Assembly: GCA_964452735.1 (NCBI GenBank)
Contig: CAYVNA010000004.1
Location: 1 to 47,603, forward strand
DNA: 47,603 bases
From: an uncultured Candidatus Saccharibacteria bacterium
GTDB lineage: Bacteria; Patescibacteriota; Dojkabacteria; SC72
Direction of reading: 5' to 3'
In this document: positions 28,838 through 37,608 of the stretch, piece by piece
How positions within the stretch are numbered: position 1 is the stretch's first letter
How the letters are laid out: the number at the start of each line of letters is the position of its first letter
The notes under the pieces: generated by a model
What the model saw: the letters and a program-made list of their open reading frames with translations, nothing else
Databases searched by the model: none
What the model was told of the DNA's origin: nothing
Position numbers and translations under genes: made by a program

Positions 28838-29428
28838 TTATACAAACAATTCACAAAGAGATCTTGAAAGATTAGCAACAAGCTCCTCTCTAAGGATATC
28901 GTCCTCCCTAATATATCTGGCTATTTCGATCTGAACAGATGGAACTCTTAGCTTAGAGGCAACATATTCACCAAGAGTTTCCTGGCTATTATCGAGGAAT
29001 CTAAATATTGCGATACTTACGCCCGAGAGTCTTCCCCTTCCTAGATCTTCCTGAAGCTTTAAGGCTAGATTTTTCGATCTTGAGAACTTTGTTGGGTAGT
29101 ATATAGCAATATCATACATATTACCGTCTTTCAGACCGTGGATATCGACGAAATATTTAATTTTTTTCTCCCTAACGATGCCTCTAACCATCACCTTATA
29201 TGGATTACGTCTTTCAGTATGATAGTTTGGATCGAAATCTACATCACCACGAAGAACGATACCCATCGCATCAATATCTCTAGTTACAGAAATTACAAGA
29301 TCATCAGTATATGGCTCTGGAACTTTCCATGCAGTGCTTAGCCTTGGTCTCTTGTGCAGAAAGGCATGTGGAGCAGAGAGGAGAATTTTCTTTTCACCGG
29401 ATATTATGTTAATTGGGAATTCTTTCAT
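28838..29428 (-). CDS. Hypothetical protein, possibly N-formylglutamate amidohydrolase-like
   Basis: LLSAPHAF...VDIHG...VQIEIARY loosely resembles the FGase family grammar. The assignment is weak. Confidence 0.4.
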   Translation of the reverse strand: MKEFPINIISGEKKILLSAPHAFLHKRPRLSTAWKVPEPYTDDLVISVTRDIDAMGIVLRGDVDFDPNYHTERRNPYKVMVRGIVREKKIKYFVDIHGLKDGNMYDIAIYYPTKFSRSKNLALKLQEDLGRGRLSGVSIAIFRFLDNSQETLGEYVASKLRVPSVQIEIARYIREDDILREELVANLSRSLCELFV

Positions 29429-29507
29429 TAATATAAATTAACATATATTGTAGTTCTTTTACAAATGTGTAAAAATTTAAAAGTATATAAATTTTAATAT
29501 CCCAATT

Positions 29508-30125
29508 ATGAGGAAATTATTTAATATTACTCTTGGAGTCGTACTAGGATTAGCATCCTATGCTCTAGTGGCATTCCCAACAATGGCTCAGGATGTTGCA
29601 GAAGATCTACCGATTGATGATGATTATACAACAACTTCGTACGACGATTACGACTGGGAATATGATTGGGATTATGATGATTGGGACTATGACTGGAGTA
29701 CAGATACTTCGGAAAGTTCCCTAGACCTTGAGGAGGGACTAGCAACCATCCTTGGTGGCATGACTTTGTTATTTGGGGGAGTTGCTCTCATATTTGGAAT
29801 AACTGTATCTCTTGCTACGTATATATATTCATCTCTAGCATTGATGACCATAGCGAATAAGTTAGGAAATGAGAACGGCTGGTTCGCTTGGGTTCCAATT
29901 CTAAACACAATATTGTTATTCCAATTGGGCGACAAAAATCCTTGGCTTTTGTTGATAGCTTTCATACCTGGTATCGGAGCATTGGTCATAGCTATCTTGT
30001 GCATCATTATAATAATGACAATCTGTGAGAAGAGAGGATATGACAAGCTCTTGGGATTACTATCACTAGTACCTATTGCAAATCTAGTATTAATTGGAGT
30101 ACTAGCATGGGGAAAGAAAGAGTAG
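29508..30125 (+). CDS. Secreted/membrane protein with an acidic aromatic D-Y-D-W repeat and a C-terminal multi-TM block (DUF5684-like)
   Basis: Signal peptide. DDDYTTTSYDDYDWEYDWDYDDWDYDWS. Then GWFAWVPILNTILLFQLGDKNPWLLLIAFIPGIGALV-type TM segments. Confidence 0.7.
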   Translation: MRKLFNITLGVVLGLASYALVAFPTMAQDVAEDLPIDDDYTTTSYDDYDWEYDWDYDDWDYDWSTDTSESSLDLEEGLATILGGMTLLFGGVALIFGITVSLATYIYSSLALMTIANKLGNENGWFAWVPILNTILLFQLGDKNPWLLLIAFIPGIGALVIAILCIIIIMTICEKRGYDKLLGLLSLVPIANLVLIGVLAWGKKE

Positions 30126-30146
30126 TATTCTGACTTTCAATATATC

Positions 30147-30174
30147 AAAGGGAGTATTTATACTCCCTTTTTTA
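30147..30174. terminator. Bidirectional intrinsic terminator between convergent genes
   Basis: AAGGGAGTA (30148-30156), loop TTTA, TACTCCCTT (30161-30169), then a T-run. An A-run on the other side could serve the minus-strand rmuC. Confidence 0.75.
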
Positions 30175-31302
30175 TTCCTCTTTATTATTCATCTCTATTA
30201 AGAAAGATTGTTCACTATCATCCTCTATGAGCCCTTCCTGCTTAACCCTATCGACTCTTCTTACCAATTGGTTGAATCTTGTAGTGCTAACATTATCATA
30301 CTGCTTCTGCAAGGATCCTATCCTATCACCGATCTTATAGAACTCTCCAGAGAAATTATCAAACTCTTTCTCGAATGCTTTAACATGACCAATAATGTTG
30401 TAGATATTTTTTTGAACTCTGAAGTTCTCATATGACTGCTTAATCATCCTAAGTATTGCTGTAAAACTAAATGGACCAGCTAAAACAACCTTGCTAGCTA
30501 TCGCCTCTTGGGATATCTCTGGAAGCTTGTCATATATATATGAAAATATCATTTCATTTGGAATAAACAAGATAACAAAATCAACAGTCCTGTCCTCTGG
30601 ATTGATATAGTCCCTTGTTGTAACCTGCTTAATCTTATCCTTCACATCTCTCTCGAACATCTTCATATACTTCTCCTTCATTTCCTTATCTTCTGTCTCA
30701 GCCATTCTCTGTAGGTTAGCATACGGAAATTTGGAATCCACATTTATTCTCGTTCTATCTGGGAGAAATATTGAGAAATCAGGACGCGTTTCGGAACCTG
30801 CCTGTTCCTTGTTGAACTCATAATCCTCACCTCTAACAAACCCTGCCATCTTCAAAAGATCATCTGCAACCTGCTCTCCAAACTGCCCTCTTAACTGATT
30901 ATTTGAAAGAACCTTCCTCAAACTTTCAGTACTTACTGAAAGCTGCTCCGTTATCTTCCTACTCTCCTCTACAGAGCTTTTCAACATCGCAAAAGAATCT
31001 ATTCTTTCCTTCTCCGCTCCCTTCAGATATTCCTCAAGCCCCTTCACCATTCTTGTTATCTCCTCTCTCTTATTATCCAAATCTACCCTGTTCTGCTTTG
31101 TTTCCGAACTAAGAGACTCTCTTGCTGTCCTTACCAAATACTCATTAGCCTCCATCAGAGCCTTCGGAACAAGCTCCTCTAGTTTCTCCTCTATGCTTTC
31201 CTTAAGCTCTTCACTATTACCTGACTGCCCTTTTCTTAAGAAATAGAAGATACCAAACCCTAAGCATACACCACCTATTAACGCTAGAATTACCTCTGTC
31301 AT
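30172..31302 (-). CDS. rmuC: DNA recombination protein RmuC
   Basis: N-terminal TM, a long coiled coil, and a C-terminal RmuC nuclease-like region (RPDFSIFLPD...INVDSKFP...FVILFIPNE). Confidence 0.88.
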   Translation of the reverse strand: MTEVILALIGGVCLGFGIFYFLRKGQSGNSEELKESIEEKLEELVPKALMEANEYLVRTARESLSSETKQNRVDLDNKREEITRMVKGLEEYLKGAEKERIDSFAMLKSSVEESRKITEQLSVSTESLRKVLSNNQLRGQFGEQVADDLLKMAGFVRGEDYEFNKEQAGSETRPDFSIFLPDRTRINVDSKFPYANLQRMAETEDKEMKEKYMKMFERDVKDKIKQVTTRDYINPEDRTVDFVILFIPNEMIFSYIYDKLPEISQEAIASKVVLAGPFSFTAILRMIKQSYENFRVQKNIYNIIGHVKAFEKEFDNFSGEFYKIGDRIGSLQKQYDNVSTTRFNQLVRRVDRVKQEGLIEDDSEQSFLIEMNNKEE

Positions 31303-31347
31303 ACTGGTAGAGAATGTAAATTTATCGTATGCTATTATAGACTAAAT

Positions 31348-32592
31348 ATGATGAAGAAACTATCAAAAAAAGATCTTGTATTTGTTAAAAACCTCTTTCT
31401 AACAACTATATTAGGAGGAATAATAGGTGTATTGAACTATTATTTTAATGTTTTCATAGCTAGGTATACAGATCAAAATATATTTGGGATATTCAGTTCT
31501 ACCTTAGGAGTAATATATCTACTTCAGATACCAGCATCTTCTATACAAGCATTGATAACTAAGCAGATAGCACAAAATAGAAGTAAAAACCTCTACCATT
31601 ACAAGTGGTATTCATTATTACTTTTCTCCCTAATGGGAGTTATCTTCTCAATATTATTCTTCTTGAATAAGGATGTTATATCAACAGTTGCAACAATCCC
31701 TTCAGAAACAATAATATATCTCGCTATAACATTCCTTTTTGCATTTGTAAGCCCAATAGCAAAGGGTTTACTTCTAGGACTAGAGAAAATAGGTACCGTT
31801 AATATTGTTTTGCTATTAGAAACAATTCTCAAGTTTGTAATAGGGGGTATAGCAATAAGGATGGGAGGATCCCTATCTTTACTAATTCTGGCAAATTCCA
31901 TTCCATCAATAATTTCCTCCATTATAATAATCCCACTTATTAAACTAGAGAGGGGTAATCATGAGAAGGTTAAGATAAGCTACAAAGAATTGCTTCTAAT
32001 TGCAGTATCTTTCCTTTTATTAACTGCTCCATTCACGATTGACTTGATACTTGTAAATCCTGAATTTCGTGCAGAGTATGCAGCGATATCATTACTTGGA
32101 AAGCTAGTATATTTCGCATCTATAACAACAGCCTCTGTGATGTTTGCAAGGTTAACAAATGAGAACATTGAGAAGGATCAGAAAAAGAGTTTAGCAATTT
32201 CATTAGCACTTTCACTTCTCATTGGGCTTTTTATCTCCTTAGTATATTTTCTATTTAGTGGCTATGTTGTTGACCTTACAGTAGGAAATACATATAACAT
32301 CATACAGAAATATATAGGGATGTTTGGATTGTGCATGACAGGTTTTGCTTTTGTATATATGGTTGCTAACTATTTCATTTCAAGAGGTTTCTTCCGATAT
32401 CTATACATCCTTTGTATTACAACTGCACTACAAATTTCTCTTTTTGTTTTGAGGAATGATTCTTTGGATGAGGTTATACAGAATCAGGCTATTGTATATT
32501 TGTTTCTTACTTCTGTTACCTTAGTCTATTTATTATCTAAGTTGGGTATTTTTTCAAATGGAATTAGAGAAAAGAATAGAGAAGAGAGCTAA
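31348..32592 (+). CDS. Polysaccharide/oligosaccharide flippase (Wzx/MOP superfamily)
   Basis: 414 aa, about 12 TM segments, with size and layout typical of Polysacc_synt proteins. Confidence 0.7.
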   Translation: MMKKLSKKDLVFVKNLFLTTILGGIIGVLNYYFNVFIARYTDQNIFGIFSSTLGVIYLLQIPASSIQALITKQIAQNRSKNLYHYKWYSLLLFSLMGVIFSILFFLNKDVISTVATIPSETIIYLAITFLFAFVSPIAKGLLLGLEKIGTVNIVLLLETILKFVIGGIAIRMGGSLSLLILANSIPSIISSIIIIPLIKLERGNHEKVKISYKELLLIAVSFLLLTAPFTIDLILVNPEFRAEYAAISLLGKLVYFASITTASVMFARLTNENIEKDQKKSLAISLALSLLIGLFISLVYFLFSGYVVDLTVGNTYNIIQKYIGMFGLCMTGFAFVYMVANYFISRGFFRYLYILCITTALQISLFVLRNDSLDEVIQNQAIVYLFLTSVTLVYLLSKLGIFSNGIREKNREES

Positions 32593-33040
32593 GAAAGTGA
32601 GTTCTGATTTTAAGAATTTTGCATTTAAGGAAGCCACATTAGGTGCTGCTATTGGTATCATGATGGGTGCTGCTTTCAGAGATGTAGTTAATTCATTTGT
32701 TAAGGATATCCTGACTCCTCCTATTGCTTTCTTAACATCGGGGATAGATTTTACAAAGCTCTTTTGGGTCATTGGCGAAGAGAAGTTTGAGGATATTGAG
32801 GAGGCATTAGAGAGTAACGCTACAGTTATCTATTATGGTAATTTCATAAACGAGTTTATATCTTTCATCATAACAGCATTAATACTGTTCATACTTGCAT
32901 TTCAAATAACAAAAGTTATTAATAGGTCCAAGAAGAAAGAAGAGGAAAAACAGGATAGGAAGGAAAAAGTATGTCCATATTGCCTATCGGAGATAAATAT
33001 CAAAGCTACTAGATGTCCTTTCTGTACATCAAAGGTATAG
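32558..33040 (+). CDS. mscL: Large-conductance mechanosensitive channel MscL with a C-terminal CxxC-x10-CxxC zinc-ribbon tail
   Basis: FKNFAFKEATLGAAIGIMMGAAFRDVVNSFVKDILTPPI is the MscL TM1 signature. The C-terminus reads CPYCLSEINIKATRCPFC. The true start may be GTG near 32597, since the track ORF overlaps the flippase by 35 nt. Confidence 0.85.
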   Translation: MELEKRIEKRAKKVSSDFKNFAFKEATLGAAIGIMMGAAFRDVVNSFVKDILTPPIAFLTSGIDFTKLFWVIGEEKFEDIEEALESNATVIYYGNFINEFISFIITALILFILAFQITKVINRSKKKEEEKQDRKEKVCPYCLSEINIKATRCPFCTSKV

Positions 33041-33045
33041 TCCAC

Positions 33046-33119
33046 TGGACGATACAAGATTCGAACTTGTGACCTCCGCAATGTGAATGCGATGCTCTAA
33101 CCAGCTGAGCTAATCATCC
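33046..33119 (-). tRNA. tRNA-Val (anticodon CAC)
   Basis: Minus strand: GGAUGAU acceptor, GCUCAGCUGGUUAGAGC D arm, anticodon loop UUCACAU, T arm ACAAG-UUCGAAU-CUUGU. No encoded CCA. Confidence 0.9.
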
Positions 33120-33332
33120 TTAACTAGTTTTATCCTCTTCTTCAGGAGCAATTACCTCACTATCCTTTTCCTTCTTCTCTCCTTCCCCTTTTAATTTATT
33201 CCACATCAGAATGAAAACAACTAAAAGAAAAGGAAATGATATACCAACAAATATGTTCTTTGTAATAATTGCAGCAAGCAAACCAAGTAGAAGACAACCG
33301 ATACCAACTAGAACTAACCTCCCTGCAGTCAT
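33120..33332 (-). CDS. Small two-TM membrane protein with an acidic/lysine-rich tail
   Basis: 70-aa ORF, 17 nt downstream of the giant gene and abutting tRNA-Val. Confidence 0.5.
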   Translation of the reverse strand: MTAGRLVLVGIGCLLLGLLAAIITKNIFVGISFPFLLVVFILMWNKLKGEGEKKEKDSEVIAPEEEDKTS

Positions 33333-33349
33333 TATAGTTTAATAATAAA

Positions 33350-36300
33350 TTAATACTTCTTAACAACTATCTTCCTACATAAAATATAGTTGTTTTTATT
33401 AACATTAACAAGAGAACCACCCTTAATATCAGAATCCCCATATCCCTCAGCATCAACAGACATACTATATTTCCCTTTATCCAAGATAAACCTATACCTA
33501 CCCTTACTATCTGTCACACGAACAGCTACTACCTTGTCAAAATCCATCTCCCGAAGAGTTACAGAAACACCTTCCACAGAATCTCCCTTCTGATCTACAA
33601 CCTTCCCATACCTATCTTGGTTATTAAAGATTGATCTCAGGATTACAACTAGAGGAATAATATACATGATTAAGAGAATCAAATTCTCTATATTAGGAAA
33701 TATACTGTATGTATACATTGATATTGAAATACCTGTTAAGAAGATTAAAACATTAAAAACAAGAATGATTCTCTTGAAGATATTTCGTAAGGAAGAGAAA
33801 TGTTTAGATACACCAGAGATCTCTTTACTATCAATAGGTATGGCTAATTGTATATCCCCACTATCTTTACCTATTACAAGATTCCCCTGATATATGTTTT
33901 GGATTGGATAGTCTTCTAAGCCCTTAACTATACTACTAGGGAAAATATATCCTGACTTCGAGACTGTGAGATTATATTTCCCATTCTTCAAGAATCCAAA
34001 GAATCTCCCATTAATATCTGTTACCAAAGTTTCAACAAGCTTCCCCTTAGAATCAAAGACCCTAACCATTGCCATATGAACAGGATTTTTAGTTACAGAA
34101 TCATATACAAAACCATACCCCAATCTCTTTCTTATAAAACCTAGAGAGCTCAAGAATATACTAATTAATTGAATCATACCATACCATGTCTGAGATAGTC
34201 CGCCAAGAAGGAGAGTTACACTCACTGTTGCAGTAACGACATTCCCTGCTACAGAAACTCTCTTAAGATCTTTTTCCTCTAGCTTATCTATACCCAAACT
34301 ACTAGCGATATCAACTATCCGATTCTTTAGAACATCAAGGATCTGCGGAGAAGATGAAACTTCTTTATCTGGAACTTCCTTATCTGGGCTTTCTCCAACA
34401 TAATTCTTGTCTTCATGTATATAGCCAAGACCGCCAGTCCCTGTTATACCGTCCACAACCCAATACTCTACACCTCCTATTATAGCCTGAGAAACTGATA
34501 GCTTGCCTTCTTTGTAGTCCACACTTTGAGGAAAATTCCCTGTGAACCTTATTCCCTCGGGACAATCAAGAGTCACTTCTTCCAGAGTCTTTGCCAATGG
34601 ACATATTAGAAATGCATTTGTAGAATCCTTATATACATACATTGTATATGGCTTAACAACACCATGAGATTCAGAAAGTTTAACAACAGTCTTTCTCTCA
34701 TCTACAGAACTAAGAACAACAGCATCTCCCCAATCCCTATCCTGATCAAAAAGAGTTGGGATATCAGCAACTAAATACTCCTCCATCTTCAGTCTAACAA
34801 TCTTTTCCCCATACTGCCCATTTTGAGGTAGAGTAACATCTATGTCCTCACTTGAAGCAAGAGTAACTTTCAATGATGGAGCAACATTCTTTATGATAGC
34901 TGAAGTCCCTACATACACAGGATCACTCCAGTCAGTATTGTTCATATTGAAATTTCTAGCTCTAGCAGAAAAAGAATACTGTTTCCCTACTTCCAAACCA
35001 TTCACTACAATACCATTTGTATTCCCTAACTGAGATATTGTTGCCCACTTCTGACTTTGTGATAGGGAGTTTGACTGATAATCTAGGAACAATCCACTGT
35101 TATTCTCCCTAATTAAATACTCTGTTGTAGAAGGATTGGTCAATGAATCTACGAATATTCTCGCAGAATTACTAGAAATAGATTCTATCTTAGCGATACC
35201 TGGTTTATTAGCAAAAGTATATGAAGAAACAGAAGGAGACCAACCTGTAACTACACCAACAGAATTGTTACTTCTAACCTTAAACTCATATTTTGTATTA
35301 GGCAACAACCCAACAACATCTATAGAGGAAACATATGAAAAAACTTTCTGAGTAGAAGATAGGACACCAAAAGTACTGTCTAGATGTTTTCCACTTAGAT
35401 TCTCAAATACCTCTATACTATCCCTATTATTCCCTACAATACTGATTCTCAGAGTTTCCGAATTAACTGGTGCAATACTAGAGATACTAGAAGACCCTGG
35501 AGATGTTGTGAAGAGGAAGACGTTTGAGAAATCACTCTCAGTATTATTATTGAATACCTTAGCCTTCCTTTGATATGTAGTATTTGAAAAAAGATTCTCC
35601 TCTAGGCAGTTTGTCATCTGATCAATTAAGCATGTTTTAAGAAGAGTTCCTGTTTGATCGTAAATCCTATACCCAATCTTATATATATTACCATCCACTA
35701 TCTTCCAGAGTATCTTCTTATCTGTAATCTCCAATGTTTGGATATCACTTGGGGGATCTAGTTTAGTTACAGCATCTAGAGATCCTGAGTATTCAGTCTC
35801 AATACCACTACCGTTTTTTGATTTTACATAGAATGAATACTTAACACCTTTCTCAAAGTCATTTATCAAGACTCCTTCACTTCCTCCAAACTCTTCGTAT
35901 GTACCCCATACGGCATCTTCTACTAAGAGATTTGTTTGGAAATCAACATATTTATCTGTGGATTCCTCATAGAGGATATATGGAGCATCTGCAGAGTTCA
36001 TCTCATCTAAAGCTATCTTCAATGATGTACTTCCTCTTTCCAAAAGTATTGGTGCGTTAGGGGCTGATAGTAGAGTATATGTTGTAGCAGTCCCAGAGGG
36101 AACGCTTGTTCCTATTTCATTGTATGCCTGGATCTTCCTTGTATAGGGGGTATTTTCATCCAAACTTGATTCATCGCAATATGTAAGGTTCTCTCCTAGA
36201 CAATACTTTACGAAGTTCTCATTTTCGTCTAAAAGGATAAAGCCATCTTCATTCTTTGCATTATCAGTAAAATACCATCTTATTGTGTTTATAGATAGAG

Positions 36301-37444
36301 CCTCAGGTTCCCCTATTGTTGGAGAAATTGGTGGGGTATCCATGGTGAAAGACGCAGTTAAAGACCATGCACTTACCCCTTCTGAACTATCCCAGAACCT
36401 TATTCTCCAGTAGTATGTACTTCCATCGTGTGATAGTGGGGTCCCAGCATATGAGATATCTGATGATCTACTTCCATTGGTGATTGCTGATATATCTTGT
36501 TTTTCACTATCCCACATCAAAGTGCCTGTAAAATCCGATTTGGTATTTACTTGTATTTGATAATATACTCCTACATCTTCAGTATCTGGATCACTAAATA
36601 TTGCACTAAATTCTGGTGTAAGATCTCTCACTTCAGTTGGTGTTACTTGTCCCTCTATTAAAAGTTCATCAGGAGCGTCAGGCAAGGTATTTGCTGTCAT
36701 TTCACTTTCAACTGTTGTTGGTATCGATATTTTTCTCTCTATGAATACAGTAGTTACATATTCTGGAAGATTACTAGCTTCAGGCGTTGTATATGAATAC
36801 GTTCCACAACTTGTTCTTCCACCTGAACTCGTATCATATCCATCAGCGGTACTAGAAGCAGATCCTACTGTCATACTCCCAGTATGAGTATGGGTGGCAG
36901 ATCCACCTGTAGTACCAGCAACCTCAGATCCCATAGGGAATTTCTCATTTAATTGATCGAAGTTATTCCAACCCAAAGGAGGTAGAGAATCTGCCATACT
37001 AACGAAATCGGGTAAATAACTATTATTTAATTCTGCTTGTAGATAATTTACAGTATAGTACGGAGGAAGATTATCAGAAGCACTAGAAGTTGATGAACCC
37101 AATGCATGTGTGTGTGCAGGTCTAGCGAAATTCGGTTGTCCAGCATCGGCATCTGAGTTTGAAGTAGCCGAGTTAGATCCAACACTGGTTTGCCCCGCTG
37201 GAGTAGTGTGATAATGAGAGGAACTACCACCAGAAGTACCATATGTACTAGAACCTCTTGGGAACTTATTATCTAATTCCGAGGTATGATCCCAACCCTC
37301 TGGTATCTCTGAAGATGTAGACATTGCAATTGAATATTGAAAATACGTTATTTTATTGTTTTTACAAAAAATCGTACTTAAATATGGTGGAATAATTGAT
37401 TCTGTTGAAGTAGTTATATCGATGCTATGCGTATGTGTATACAA
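33350..37444 (-). CDS. Giant cell-surface protein, major (C-terminal) part: tail-collar-like repeat modules 2-3, a rhamnosidase-N-like/FN3 array, and a C-terminal TM block with two CarboxypepD_reg-like domains
   Basis: 1364-aa ORF whose listed start is TTG with no signal peptide. Its first 27 residues (YTHTHSIDITTSTESIIPPYLSTIF) are the tail of a repeat module that begins in the upstream ORF. See findings. Confidence 0.85.
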   Translation of the reverse strand: MYTHTHSIDITTSTESIIPPYLSTIFCKNNKITYFQYSIAMSTSSEIPEGWDHTSELDNKFPRGSSTYGTSGGSSSHYHTTPAGQTSVGSNSATSNSDADAGQPNFARPAHTHALGSSTSSASDNLPPYYTVNYLQAELNNSYLPDFVSMADSLPPLGWNNFDQLNEKFPMGSEVAGTTGGSATHTHTGSMTVGSASSTADGYDTSSGGRTSCGTYSYTTPEASNLPEYVTTVFIERKISIPTTVESEMTANTLPDAPDELLIEGQVTPTEVRDLTPEFSAIFSDPDTEDVGVYYQIQVNTKSDFTGTLMWDSEKQDISAITNGSRSSDISYAGTPLSHDGSTYYWRIRFWDSSEGVSAWSLTASFTMDTPPISPTIGEPEALSINTIRWYFTDNAKNEDGFILLDENENFVKYCLGENLTYCDESSLDENTPYTRKIQAYNEIGTSVPSGTATTYTLLSAPNAPILLERGSTSLKIALDEMNSADAPYILYEESTDKYVDFQTNLLVEDAVWGTYEEFGGSEGVLINDFEKGVKYSFYVKSKNGSGIETEYSGSLDAVTKLDPPSDIQTLEITDKKILWKIVDGNIYKIGYRIYDQTGTLLKTCLIDQMTNCLEENLFSNTTYQRKAKVFNNNTESDFSNVFLFTTSPGSSSISSIAPVNSETLRISIVGNNRDSIEVFENLSGKHLDSTFGVLSSTQKVFSYVSSIDVVGLLPNTKYEFKVRSNNSVGVVTGWSPSVSSYTFANKPGIAKIESISSNSARIFVDSLTNPSTTEYLIRENNSGLFLDYQSNSLSQSQKWATISQLGNTNGIVVNGLEVGKQYSFSARARNFNMNNTDWSDPVYVGTSAIIKNVAPSLKVTLASSEDIDVTLPQNGQYGEKIVRLKMEEYLVADIPTLFDQDRDWGDAVVLSSVDERKTVVKLSESHGVVKPYTMYVYKDSTNAFLICPLAKTLEEVTLDCPEGIRFTGNFPQSVDYKEGKLSVSQAIIGGVEYWVVDGITGTGGLGYIHEDKNYVGESPDKEVPDKEVSSSPQILDVLKNRIVDIASSLGIDKLEEKDLKRVSVAGNVVTATVSVTLLLGGLSQTWYGMIQLISIFLSSLGFIRKRLGYGFVYDSVTKNPVHMAMVRVFDSKGKLVETLVTDINGRFFGFLKNGKYNLTVSKSGYIFPSSIVKGLEDYPIQNIYQGNLVIGKDSGDIQLAIPIDSKEISGVSKHFSSLRNIFKRIILVFNVLIFLTGISISMYTYSIFPNIENLILLIMYIIPLVVILRSIFNNQDRYGKVVDQKGDSVEGVSVTLREMDFDKVVAVRVTDSKGRYRFILDKGKYSMSVDAEGYGDSDIKGGSLVNVNKNNYILCRKIVVKKY

Positions 37445-37608
37445 AGAGAAAGAACGGTCCCCGTTTCCAATATCTACTCTATACTAGCTCCAGTAATAGT
37501 ATCTGTTATATTATGAGAATGCGAAGAGGATCCCCCAGTAGTCCCATATGTATTAGATCCAAATGGGAATCTGTCATCATATTCACTAGCTCTAGTCCAA
37601 CCTTCTGG
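36731..37608 (-). repeat. Three tandem protein-level repeat modules of about 95-105 aa: PxGW...FPxGS...GxxGGSxxHxH...HxH...N-L-P-x-Y
   Basis: Module starts: PEGWTRASEYDDRFPFGSNTYGTTGGSSSHSH, PEGWDHTSELDNKFPRGSSTYGTSGGSSSHYH, PLGWNNFDQLNEKFPMGSEVAGTTGGSATHTH. Module ends: IIPPYLSTIF, NLPPYYTVNYL, NLPEYVTTVFI. Confidence 0.8.
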
